DNA of 52,701 nt, from the NCBI GenBank assembly GCA_035362275.1, contig DAOSDI010000003.1, positions 1-52,701 of the forward strand. Reading direction: 5' to 3'. This document shows, one piece after another, positions 9,253-18,209 of this stretch. The stretch's first letter is position 1. The number at the start of each line of letters is the position of its first letter. The notes below the pieces were generated by a model. That model did no database searches and was not told the origin of the DNA. It saw only the letters and a list, made by a program, of their open reading frames with translations. A program made the position numbers and the translations under genes. This DNA is from Candidatus Pacearchaeota archaeon (GTDB lineage Bacteria; Patescibacteriota; Minisyncoccia; Minisyncoccales; UBA5738).

Positions 9253-9885
9253 ATGAATGAAATTGGAGATTGCGTTTTTTGCAATCTGAAATTGAATAAA
9301 GGAGAGATAATTTTTGAAACCGAAAATTTTTTTGTGAATATCGGGCTCGGGCTGGCCGCGCCGGGGCACGTGATGCTGATTCCCAAAAAACATTTTGCCT
9401 GTTGCGCCGATATTTCGGAGGATTTGCGCCCGGAATTTGAAAATTTAAGGAGCTTGATTTTTGAGAAAATCAAAGATGCATTCGGCGCGCCGTTTTTGGC
9501 GGAATACGGCGTTTTCGGGCAGAGTGTTTCCCACGCGCATTTGCATTTCATTCCCAAAACCAGAAAAGCAACCGAAGTTTATCCTGCCTATGAGATTAAA
9601 GACATTTTCCGCGAGATGGGAATTCCGAATGATATTCCGTCGCGGCCGGCGTTGTGGAAAACGGCCGTTGCGATGAAAAATAAAAACGGCGGCTATGTGT
9701 TTTTGCAAGACGGCGGGCGCGCGGTTTTGTTTGGGCGGTTTGAAAAAGAATTGTCATACCGCCACTTTTTCAGCGAAAATCCGGGCGTGAAAGATGTTCC
9801 CGCGCGATGGCAGGACATTACCGCGGAGCAAGAAAAAATTGATGCAATCAAAAAGCAAATCACCCAAAACCTTCTCAAATTCTAA
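9253..9885 (+). CDS. HIT (histidine triad) family protein
   Basis: HVMLIPKKHF and the histidine triad HAHLHFIP. Confidence 0.85.
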   Translation: MNEIGDCVFCNLKLNKGEIIFETENFFVNIGLGLAAPGHVMLIPKKHFACCADISEDLRPEFENLRSLIFEKIKDAFGAPFLAEYGVFGQSVSHAHLHFIPKTRKATEVYPAYEIKDIFREMGIPNDIPSRPALWKTAVAMKNKNGGYVFLQDGGRAVLFGRFEKELSYRHFFSENPGVKDVPARWQDITAEQEKIDAIKKQITQNLLKF

Positions 9886-9888
9886 CTG

Positions 9889-9997
9889 CCAAAAACTATT
9901 CCAATATTCATGAAAATGTTTGAGTGTTTTTAATAATTTTTTGTGTGAGCGACAAAAACTATTCCGTTATTCTGCAGAATATTGGAATAGTTTTTGG
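9889..9997. repeat. 109-bp element bounded by perfect 20-bp terminal inverted repeats, with an internal alternative hairpin at 9952-9997
   Basis: ccaaaaactattccaatatt (9889-9908) is the exact reverse complement of aatattggaatagtttttgg (9978-9997). A third imperfect arm at 9952-9971 pairs around ctgcag. The element lies between convergent genes. Confidence 0.6.
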
Positions 9998-10026
9998 TAC
10001 AAAAAAGATTAGACGGTTCATATCAA

Positions 10027-11295
10027 TTATTTTAGTTTGGATTTCAGTTGCATAATGCGGGCATAAGATTCGTTGATGCGTAATTCGGAAATGAGGCCTT
10101 CTTTTACCGCGTTCAGGACGGTATCGGCGGCGCGCCGGGCGACGGAGTCGTCGTATTCCTCGCCGTTGTTGGAAAAGATTAAAATATCGCAACCGGCGTT
10201 GATGGCGCGGACGATGGCGTCTTCAAATCCGTAATGGTCAACGATCGCGCCCATTTGCATATCGTCGGAAAACACGACGCCGTCAAATTCCAAATCTTGG
10301 CGCAAGATGCCGTTGATGAATTTCTCCGAAAGCGTGGCGGGATATTCCGGGTCAATGTTTTGGTTGATCACATGCGCAGTCATTATTGAATCCGCGCCGC
10401 CGTTTTTGATCAATTCCGCGTAGGGCGCCAGTTCTTGTTCTTCATAGGTTTCGGTGATGTCGGGCAACGCCAAGTGGCTGTCGGAGCTTGAACTGCCGTG
10501 GCCGGGAAAATGCTTGAGCGCCGTCAGAATGCCGAAAGCGCGGTGTGCGGCGATAAGGGTGCGGGCGTAGCCGGCGACGATTTCCGGATCGGCCGAATAG
10601 GATCTTTCCAGGCCGCCGATGACCGGGTTTTCGGGATTCAGATTCAGATCCACCACCGGCGCGAAATTAATGTTGAATCCCAGATCGGCCAGTTGCCGCG
10701 CCAGCGTCCAATAATCGTTGATCGCCGCCAGACCGCCTTTTTTTGCCAGCGATTGCGCCGAATCAATTTCGGCGAACCCCATTGAAGGTTTCAATCGGTT
10801 GATCAATCCGCCTTCGGCGTCAATGGCAACCAGCAGAGGTTCGTTTTTGGCGCGGCTTTTCAGATCGGCAATCAATTTTTGGGTTTGTTGCCGATCAACG
10901 ATGTTGCGCGGCCGGTTTTTTGACGGCGCGTCATAGTCAAACAAAATCACGCCGCCCAAATTCAATTCTTCTATCGCATTGCCGATGTCGGAGCCACCGC
11001 CAATTTCGGTGCCGCGGAAGCCGATCATCAGCATTTGGCCGATTTTTTCTTTCAGCGGCCGGATTGCTTCTTCTTCCCGCGCGATTTTTTCGGCGTGGAA
11101 ATATTCAAAAACCAGCGCCGAGCAAAACAGAAAAACCGCCAGCGCTTTCACTGTCGCGCTTTTGTTGATTTTTTTCCGCCGCCGCCAGCGGGCTCTCATG
11201 AATTTTTTGGAATTTGCCGCGGTTTTTTTCACCGCAAAAGCGCCCGCGCCCGCGAATTTTTTCAGAAATTTCAATTTTTGCGGCAGTTTGGACAT
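10027..11295 (-). CDS. Glycoside hydrolase family 3 (beta-N-acetylhexosaminidase, NagZ-like) with an N-terminal membrane anchor
   Basis: GH3 N-domain motifs VAIDAEGG and KHFPGHGSSSSDSH. Confidence 0.85.
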   Translation of the reverse strand: MSKLPQKLKFLKKFAGAGAFAVKKTAANSKKFMRARWRRRKKINKSATVKALAVFLFCSALVFEYFHAEKIAREEEAIRPLKEKIGQMLMIGFRGTEIGGGSDIGNAIEELNLGGVILFDYDAPSKNRPRNIVDRQQTQKLIADLKSRAKNEPLLVAIDAEGGLINRLKPSMGFAEIDSAQSLAKKGGLAAINDYWTLARQLADLGFNINFAPVVDLNLNPENPVIGGLERSYSADPEIVAGYARTLIAAHRAFGILTALKHFPGHGSSSSDSHLALPDITETYEEQELAPYAELIKNGGADSIMTAHVINQNIDPEYPATLSEKFINGILRQDLEFDGVVFSDDMQMGAIVDHYGFEDAIVRAINAGCDILIFSNNGEEYDDSVARRAADTVLNAVKEGLISELRINESYARIMQLKSKLK

Positions 11296-11386
11296 ATCGG
11301 CGATTTGGCGCTAGTATTATAGTATAATTGCGACACAATTTCCATGATCCGGCGCCGAAGGCGCGATTTCTAAATATGATTTCAAT

Positions 11387-12001
11387 ATGAATTTTAATAT
11401 CTTCGGATTTTTTGAAGTTATCGGCGGGATTTTTCCGGCGCGAAAAATGAATAAAAGCTTGCGAGTGCTCTCTTCGGTCAATACGGCGATGGTGTTTATC
11501 GTGGCGATGTTTTCGCCGTTTTATGCGATTTATGTTCAGGACAAGATTGGCGGAAATTTGGCAATTGCCGGTTTCTCCTGGGCGGTTTATCCGATCGTGG
11601 CGGGAATTTTGATTTTTCTTTTCAGCCAATGGGGAATGAAAGTGAAAGAACAGGAGCTTTTGCTGGCGGTGGGATATTTTATCCGCGGATTGGTTTTTTT
11701 AAGCTATGCGTTTATGGGGAGCATCGCCCAGTTGATCTTTACGCAAGTTTTATGGGGCATCGGATCGGCGCTGGGAGTGCCGGCGTTTGACGCCACCTAC
11801 GGCAAGCACACCAGTAGCGAGAAATCAATTGCCGAGTGGGGGCAGTGGGAGGGCATGGCTTATGTTGCCACCGGCGCGGCGGCATTGATCAGCGGATTTG
11901 TGATCCAGCTGGTGGGATATTTTTGGTTATTTTGCCTGATGTCGGCCACGTCCATCTTTTTGGGGATTTATATTTGGCTTTTGCCGCGCGATTTGCTGTG
12001 A
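11387..12001 (+). CDS. Half-size MFS-like membrane protein (about 6 TM); the start may instead be M at 11447
   Basis: Hydrophobic profile with MFS-like loops. There is no N-terminal half upstream. Confidence 0.45.
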   Translation: MNFNIFGFFEVIGGIFPARKMNKSLRVLSSVNTAMVFIVAMFSPFYAIYVQDKIGGNLAIAGFSWAVYPIVAGILIFLFSQWGMKVKEQELLLAVGYFIRGLVFLSYAFMGSIAQLIFTQVLWGIGSALGVPAFDATYGKHTSSEKSIAEWGQWEGMAYVATGAAALISGFVIQLVGYFWLFCLMSATSIFLGIYIWLLPRDLL

Positions 12002-12398
12002 TGCCGGCGATTTTTAAAAAGATTTTTTAAACCACGATTTTTAATCCGCGCAAGTCTTGAATTTTTTTTCGCAACGGATAGAATGAAGCAATGATTTCGT
12101 TTCGGCGAAATCAGGGAATCAGGTTCTGCGCCCGATTTTTGTCAGAGTTCTCCGAATTTTTCGGCCGCGCGGCCGTCGCAATCCCTCTTTCTTTTTTTTT
12201 GGAAAAAGAAACACTTGTCGGCATCTGTCTGATGTTGAAATTTTTGAATTTGCCGTTGCCGCCGCCAGAGGCGTTTTTTTGAAAAATTTTGCTTTTTGAA
12301 ATTCTTAACAAAAAATTTTACCCGCTGCCGCCTGCGGTTTGTTTTTTAGCGGATCGCGACCGGCGGTTCGACGACATTCAGCCGGCGGCGGAAAAAAA

Positions 12399-13643
12399 AT
12401 GAAAACAATGATTTCATTGGTGCGCCGGCATAATGAATGGCGCCGCAACTGTGTTAATTTGATCGCTTCGGAGAACGTGATGTCGCCGGCGTGTGAAAAG
12501 CTTTACGTGTCCGATTTGATGCATCGTTATGCGGAAGGCACGCCGCGCAAGCGCTATTACCGCGGTTTGGAATATATTGACCAAATTGAAGAGCTGGTTC
12601 AGGAAGAATTCAAAAAGCATTTTGGCGCCGGGTTTTGCGATGCCCGGCCGATTTCGGGGACGCTGGCCAACTATGCGGCGTTTGCCGCGATCTCTTCGCG
12701 CGGCGACAAAATTTTGTCGCTGGGGGTGGAGCATGGTTCCCATGTTTCCCATGAAAAGGCGGGCGCGGCGGGAACACTTGGATTGGAAGTGGGATGGTTG
12801 GAATATAACGATGATTGCACAATGAACGCGGAAAAATCCTGTGCCAAAATTTTGGAATATCGGCCGCGGTTTATCGTTATCGGCGGATCGGTGATTTTGT
12901 TTCCTCAGCCAATTAAAGAATTGCGCGAAGCCTGTGATAAGGTCGGCGCCAAAATCGTTTATGATGCGGCGCATGTTTTGGGATTGATTGCCGCCGGGAT
13001 GTTTCAGGATCCGTTGCGGGAGGGTGCCGACATTATCACCACCTCTACCCACAAAACTTTTCCCGGACCGCAAGGAGGCATGATTTTGGGAAATGTGGGC
13101 GAAGAAACGCAAAAGAAAATTCAAGCGGCGGTGTTCCCGCAATTTTCTTCCAATCATCATTTGCATCGCTTGCCGGCGTTATATGGCGCTCTGCGAGAGA
13201 TGCAGTCATTTGGCAAAGACTACGCGGTGCAAATTGTCGGCAACGCGCAGGCGTTGGCAGGCGCGCTTTGCGATCTTGGCTTCAATGTTTTGGCCAAGGA
13301 AAAAGGATTCACCCGATCGCATCAAGTGTTGATTGATTGCGGCGCGCCGGGCGCGGGCGGTGAGGCGGCGGTGCTTTTGGAGCGTGCCAATATCATTTTG
13401 AACAAAAACATCATTCCCGGCGACGGGACCAATCCCAAAAATCCGCGCGGTATTCGCATTGGCGTGCAGGAAATGACGAAGTTTGGCATGAAAGAAGATG
13501 AAATGAAACAAATTGCCGGGTTCATCAAGCGCGTGGTGTTGGACAAAGAAAATCCCGAAACCGTTGGCAAAGAAGTTGCGGCGTTCCGCGCGAATTATCA
13601 AACCGCGCATTATTGTTTTGAAAGTGGAGAGTTTGCTTTTTGA
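12399..13643 (+). CDS. glyA: Serine hydroxymethyltransferase
   Basis: LIASENVMSP and the PLP-lysine motif TSTHKTFPGPQGG. The start was set at MKTMISLV. Confidence 0.9.
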   Translation: MKTMISLVRRHNEWRRNCVNLIASENVMSPACEKLYVSDLMHRYAEGTPRKRYYRGLEYIDQIEELVQEEFKKHFGAGFCDARPISGTLANYAAFAAISSRGDKILSLGVEHGSHVSHEKAGAAGTLGLEVGWLEYNDDCTMNAEKSCAKILEYRPRFIVIGGSVILFPQPIKELREACDKVGAKIVYDAAHVLGLIAAGMFQDPLREGADIITTSTHKTFPGPQGGMILGNVGEETQKKIQAAVFPQFSSNHHLHRLPALYGALREMQSFGKDYAVQIVGNAQALAGALCDLGFNVLAKEKGFTRSHQVLIDCGAPGAGGEAAVLLERANIILNKNIIPGDGTNPKNPRGIRIGVQEMTKFGMKEDEMKQIAGFIKRVVLDKENPETVGKEVAAFRANYQTAHYCFESGEFAF

Positions 13644-13764
13644 AACAATCAGTGTTATCATGGAACCACGAGCGTAGGTGTTTCTCCAAGGTTTTCTTAA
13701 ATTAAAATTTTAAGTACCGGCGAGCGGGTCGCCCTACCAAAGTTTTTAAGCATTAAGCATTCGC

Positions 13765-14064
13765 ATGAACAAGAAGTTATATGTGGGCGGCTTGCCTTAC
13801 AGCACCACCCAAGACGGTTTGCAGCAAGGCTTTGCGGCCGCCGGCAATGTTGAATCGGCGATCGTGATCACCGACAAAATGTCCGGCCGTTCAAAGGGTT
13901 TCGGCTTCGTGGAATTTGCCACTGAAGAAGAAGCCGCCAAAGCCATTGAGATGTTCAACGGCCAGGAATTTGAAGGCCGCCGCATCACCGTCAGCGAAGC
14001 CCGCCCGATGGAACCGCGCGCTCCGCGCCGCGATTTCAACGACAACGGTTACGGCGACAGGTAG
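13765..14064 (+). CDS. RRM-type RNA-binding protein
   Basis: RNP-2 LYVGGL and RNP-1 KGFGFVEF. Confidence 0.85.
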   Translation: MNKKLYVGGLPYSTTQDGLQQGFAAAGNVESAIVITDKMSGRSKGFGFVEFATEEEAAKAIEMFNGQEFEGRRITVSEARPMEPRAPRRDFNDNGYGDR

Positions 14065-14074
14065 TCTTTGCAAA

Positions 14075-14108
14075 ACAAAAATCTCCCCGCAGGGGGAGTT
14101 TTGTTTTC
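14075..14108 (+). terminator. Rho-independent terminator after the RRM gene
   Basis: ctcccc gcag ggggag followed by ttttgtttt. Confidence 0.6.
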
Positions 14109-14158
14109 TGCGGGCGGTATGATAGAATGTTTTCGTCGATGATAAATTTAAAAAAAAG

Positions 14159-14845
14159 ATGAATAAACAAACGGCGATTATTTTATCGGGGGCGGTTGTG
14201 ATTGCCGCGATTGCCTTTGCGGTTGCGAACAATCAAAAAAATCAAGAAGAAGCGCGAGAGACAGGAATAAATAATAAGCAAGAAATAAGAGAGAACGCTT
14301 CCGTTGAGGCTAATGATGCCGATAATACAAGCAGTGCCGCACCGGCGCTTGATTCTGAATATCAAAAAATTATGAACGCAACAATGAAAACCAGTCTGGG
14401 GGAGATCAAGATCGAATTATATGGCGACAAAACTCCGATTACCGCCGGCAATTTCGCCAAGCTGGCCGAAGCCGGATTTTATGACGGCGTGAAATTTCAT
14501 CGGGTGATTTCCGGATTTATGATCCAAGGCGGCGATCCTCTGACCAAGGACGATGCACAAAAAGAGTTGTGGGGCACGGGCGGCCCGGGATATAAATTCA
14601 ACGACGAGCCGTTTGAGGGGCAATATGCCCGCGGCACGATTGCCATGGCCAATTCCGGTCCGAACACCAACGGGAGCCAGTTTTTCATTATGCACGCGGA
14701 TTATCCCTTGCCGCCGCAGTATGTGATTTTTGGCAAAGTGCTGGAGGGGATGGAAACGGTGGACGTGATCACGGCGCTGGAAACCGACGCGCGCGACTGT
14801 CCGCTTAACCCGCCGGTGATTGAAAGCATAAACATTGAACGTTAA
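14159..14845 (+). CDS. Cyclophilin-type peptidyl-prolyl cis-trans isomerase with an N-terminal membrane anchor
   Basis: FHRVISGFMIQGGDP and GTIAMANSGPNTNGSQFFI. Confidence 0.9.
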   Translation: MNKQTAIILSGAVVIAAIAFAVANNQKNQEEARETGINNKQEIRENASVEANDADNTSSAAPALDSEYQKIMNATMKTSLGEIKIELYGDKTPITAGNFAKLAEAGFYDGVKFHRVISGFMIQGGDPLTKDDAQKELWGTGGPGYKFNDEPFEGQYARGTIAMANSGPNTNGSQFFIMHADYPLPPQYVIFGKVLEGMETVDVITALETDARDCPLNPPVIESINIER

Positions 14846-14877
14846 ATTTTGAACTTTGACAAAAATACGCGTTCGTA

Positions 14878-14905
14878 GGGGCGGGCATTGCGCCCGCCCT
14901 TTTCA
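14878..14905 (+). terminator. Rho-independent terminator after the cyclophilin gene
   Basis: gggcgggc..gcccgccc followed by ttttc. Confidence 0.7.
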
Positions 14906-15228
14906 TTATATTGGTTGTTTTTTTAATTAAAAATGGCTTATAAGAAATTCAGTAAATTATGAGGAGGAGATGCCATTCCCAAAAATCCAAAAAATATTAT
15001 AGGCAAAATTTGTACCAAGTGCGGCAAACCCAATAATAAAAATACCAAAAGGTGCAGATTTTGCGGCAATGGGGCATTAAAGAATGGTTTTAAGGAGAGA
15101 GAAGAATAAAAAAACTCTCTCCGTTTTGATATTCAATTAGCTTAAATTTGCATAGGTGGCACCTATGTGAATCAAAATGCATAGTTACGGCTTGGATTTT
15201 TAAGTTAAAAGTGGTAGAATTTGGGGAA

Positions 15229-16263
15229 ATGGATAAGGCAAATGGCAAAATCAGGGTGGCGGTGGCGGTGTCGGGCGGGGTGGATAGCGCGGCGGCGGCG
15301 GGGCTGTTGAAAAACAGCGGGTTTGAGGTCTTGGGGATTTTTGCGCGGCTGTCGGGAAATAAAACCGAAGATGAAGGGCGGGCGAAGGCGGTGTGCGAAA
15401 AACTGAAGATTCCTTTTCGCGTCGTTGATCTGCGCGCGGAATTTAAAAAAAGAATCATTGATAAATTTGTTGCCGACGCCAAAAAAGGATTGACGCCCAA
15501 TCCGTGCATTTTTTGCAACGGGGAAATTAAGTTCGGACTATTGATGACTGCGGCGTTGAAATCCGGCGCGGATTATTTTGCCACGGGACATTATTGTCAA
15601 AATAAAATTGACAAAAACGGAATTTGTCATCTGTCCAAAGGCGCGGACAAAGAAAAGGACCAGTCTTATTTTTTGTGGCGGCTGAAACAAAAGCAATTGC
15701 AAAAAATCATTTTTCCGTTGGGAGCTTTCCAAAAAGATGAAATCAAAGAATTGGCAAAAATATGGCAGTTGCCGATAAAAAACAATTCGGAGTCGCAGGA
15801 CGTTTGCTTCATTTCCGGCCAACCCGCGGATTTTTTTAAAAAACATTTGGGCGGGAATCCGGGGGATATTGTTGATGCGGACGCGAAAAAAATTATCGGG
15901 CGGCATCGCGGCCTGTGGTTTTACACCGTCGGCCAGAGAAAAGGCATCGGTCTTTCCGGCGGCCCGTTTTATGTCATTGGTAAAAATCTTGCCAAAAACC
16001 GGTTGCTGGTTTCAAAAAAAACGCCGCCGGCGGTTTTGGTCAAATTGTCAAATATCAATTGGGTTGCCGGCGCGGCGCCCGATTTGCCGGTAAAATTCAA
16101 GGCCAAAATCAGATACCGGGCCAAAGAAGCGCCGGCGGTTTTGGACAAAATCGGCAGAGATTATGTGTTGCGGTTCGCAAAACCGCAATTTGCGGCGACT
16201 CCCGGGCAGAGCGCGGGTTTTTACGTCCGCGGCGAGTTGATTGGCGGCGGCATTATCAAGTAA
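15229..16263 (+). CDS. mnmA: tRNA 2-thiouridine(34) synthase
   Basis: PP-loop SGGVDSAAAA, CIFCNGEIKFG and DQSYFLW. The start was set at MDKANGKIRVAV. Confidence 0.9.
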   Translation: MDKANGKIRVAVAVSGGVDSAAAAGLLKNSGFEVLGIFARLSGNKTEDEGRAKAVCEKLKIPFRVVDLRAEFKKRIIDKFVADAKKGLTPNPCIFCNGEIKFGLLMTAALKSGADYFATGHYCQNKIDKNGICHLSKGADKEKDQSYFLWRLKQKQLQKIIFPLGAFQKDEIKELAKIWQLPIKNNSESQDVCFISGQPADFFKKHLGGNPGDIVDADAKKIIGRHRGLWFYTVGQRKGIGLSGGPFYVIGKNLAKNRLLVSKKTPPAVLVKLSNINWVAGAAPDLPVKFKAKIRYRAKEAPAVLDKIGRDYVLRFAKPQFAATPGQSAGFYVRGELIGGGIIK

Positions 16264-16369
16264 ACGGTCCCTTTACTCTTACACCGCGTTTTTTGTGTTC
16301 GGGGCGCTTTTTATGTTATTCTGGAAGAACGATTGAGCATAATCAAGGAAAAATCCTTTTTAAACCAGT

Positions 16370-17983
16370 ATGAAAATCATTGCCAAAAAGAAAGTTATTC
16401 CTTTTAAGGCCAAGGTTAAGGCCAAAAAACCGGTGCCGTTGCCGTCCGGAAAAACAAAACCATTGATAAAAATTGCCGACAAAATCCGCGGGAAAGTGCT
16501 CAATATCAAGGCGGTGGAAGCGGCCAAAATCGCCCCGCCGGCGGCCAAAAAAATTGCCAAAGGCGCGGCCAAAGAATCGGAATTTGAGATCAAGAAAACC
16601 AAAATCCGCGTGGTGGGAATCGGCGGCGGCGGCGGAAACATCGTTTCGGAAATCGCCGACCGGGTGAGGCGGCCATCATTTACCATTGCCAACACCGATG
16701 CGGCGGCGCTGCGCCGCGCATCAAAGAGTGTGTCGGTGTTTCAGTTCGGTGAAAACTTTACGCGCGGGCTGGGCACAGGGATGGATCCGCGCGTGGCCGA
16801 AGAGGCCGCCGCGCAGGAAAAGGAAAAAATCAAAAAAATTATGGAGGGGCAGGATTTGGTGATCATCGTGGCCTCTCTGGGCGGCGGCGCCGGATCGGGC
16901 GCCGCGCCGGTATTCGCCCAAATTTCAAAAAATTTGGGCAATCTGACCTATGGAATTTTCACTTTGCCGTTTGAATTTGAAGGCGAGAAAAAGAAGGAGA
17001 TCGCCAAGGCGGCATTGGAAAAATCCAAGCCCTATTTGAATGCCTTGACTATTCTGCCCAACGAGCGGGTGTTTGAGGTGGTGCCTAAGGCAACGCCGTT
17101 TTCCAAGACGCTTTCATTTATTAATAATTCGCTTTCCGACAGTTTGGAGGGATTGATTGAAACCATTTACAGCACCGGGCTGATCAATATTGATTTTGCC
17201 GACCTGCGGGCGATTCTGCTGGGAAGCGGGAAAATGGCGTTTTTAAACACGGTGGCGCTGAAAAAAGGCGAAGAAACGGGCGTGGATGTTTTTGAGAAAG
17301 TTTTTTCTTCTCCGCTGTATCCTTATGGCATTGAAAAAGCGCGCGGGCTATTGTTGAACATCGTGGCGCAAAAAGATTTAAAGCTCGCCGAAGTGAACAA
17401 GATTCTCACCGGCGCGGCCAAAAGGATCAATAAGGATGCCCGGATTATTTTTGGCGTTGGCCATGAAGGCGCGCGCGAAAGTTCAATAAGGGTGACAATT
17501 TTGGCCACCGGATGCGTTTATGCCGGCGCCGGAAACGGAAACGGCGATGATGGCAATGACAAGGAATCTTTGATTGCTCCGCCCCCGGCACCGCGGGCGC
17601 CGAGAAAAGCGGCGGTTTTGCCGCCAAAACCGGCAAAACCGGTAAAACCGGCCAAATCCGCTAAACCGGCAAAACCGGTAAAACCTGCCGCGGCTTTGCG
17701 GAAGAGCAAATCCGCACCGGCAAAATTGAAAAAAGTGGCGGTGAAAATCAAGTCGTTGCCGCCCGCCGCAAAGGAGCCGCAATCCGCACCGGTAAAACAA
17801 GTCCGGGACGAGGCCGGCCGGCAGAGCGGTCAAGGTATTGACGATCAATTTGCCCCACCGGAAAGAAAAAACGCCCTGCAGGTGAAAAAAGAGATTGAGA
17901 TGGAAGAAAGAGCGATGCTGGAACAGGAGAAGGCCTGGGAGGTGCCGGCGTTCTTGCGAAAACAGAAGAAAAATCAAAATTGA
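16370..17983 (+). CDS. ftsZ: Cell division GTPase FtsZ with a Lys-rich N-terminal extension and a long Pro/Ala/Lys C-terminal linker
   Basis: GIGGGGGNIVSEI and the tubulin signature GGGAGSGAAPV. The C-terminal WEVPAFLRKQ resembles the conserved FtsZ C-terminal peptide. Confidence 0.9.
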   Translation: MKIIAKKKVIPFKAKVKAKKPVPLPSGKTKPLIKIADKIRGKVLNIKAVEAAKIAPPAAKKIAKGAAKESEFEIKKTKIRVVGIGGGGGNIVSEIADRVRRPSFTIANTDAAALRRASKSVSVFQFGENFTRGLGTGMDPRVAEEAAAQEKEKIKKIMEGQDLVIIVASLGGGAGSGAAPVFAQISKNLGNLTYGIFTLPFEFEGEKKKEIAKAALEKSKPYLNALTILPNERVFEVVPKATPFSKTLSFINNSLSDSLEGLIETIYSTGLINIDFADLRAILLGSGKMAFLNTVALKKGEETGVDVFEKVFSSPLYPYGIEKARGLLLNIVAQKDLKLAEVNKILTGAAKRINKDARIIFGVGHEGARESSIRVTILATGCVYAGAGNGNGDDGNDKESLIAPPPAPRAPRKAAVLPPKPAKPVKPAKSAKPAKPVKPAAALRKSKSAPAKLKKVAVKIKSLPPAAKEPQSAPVKQVRDEAGRQSGQGIDDQFAPPERKNALQVKKEIEMEERAMLEQEKAWEVPAFLRKQKKNQN

Positions 17984-18035
17984 AAAATCAAAAATTAAAA
18001 TGACAATTTAAAATATAAAATTAAATGATTTTCTT

Positions 18036-18138
18036 TGAATTATGAAATGCTTTGTATTTTGGGGTCTATCCCCTGTGTAATCGCAGGGGTTAGACCCCTT
18101 CAATAGCATTTGAATTTAAGAGTTTCGTAATTCAAAGC
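18036..18138 (+). repeat. Copy A of a ~103-nt palindromic MITE/REP-like element
   Basis: Aligns by eye with 49471-49575 in the same orientation and with 46542-46644 in reverse. It has terminal inverted ttgaattaYGaaaY...gtttcgtaattcaa and internal ggggtctaYcccc / ggggttagacccc. Confidence 0.8.
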
Positions 18139-18209
18139 AGTTTTAAAATTTATCAATTTTTAATTTTGCATTGCAATTTTGATTTTGATGTTTCAGTTTT
18201 AAATTTTTT

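Noticed and set aside
12340-12398. ZTP (pfl) riboswitch upstream of glyA
   Set aside because: GGAUCGCGACCGGCG loosely resembles the GGGUCGUGACUGGCG start of the pfl motif. The remaining conserved elements (the ACCGGGGAGC-type segment and a downstream CCGCCUGGGC pseudoknot partner) are absent or in the wrong order.
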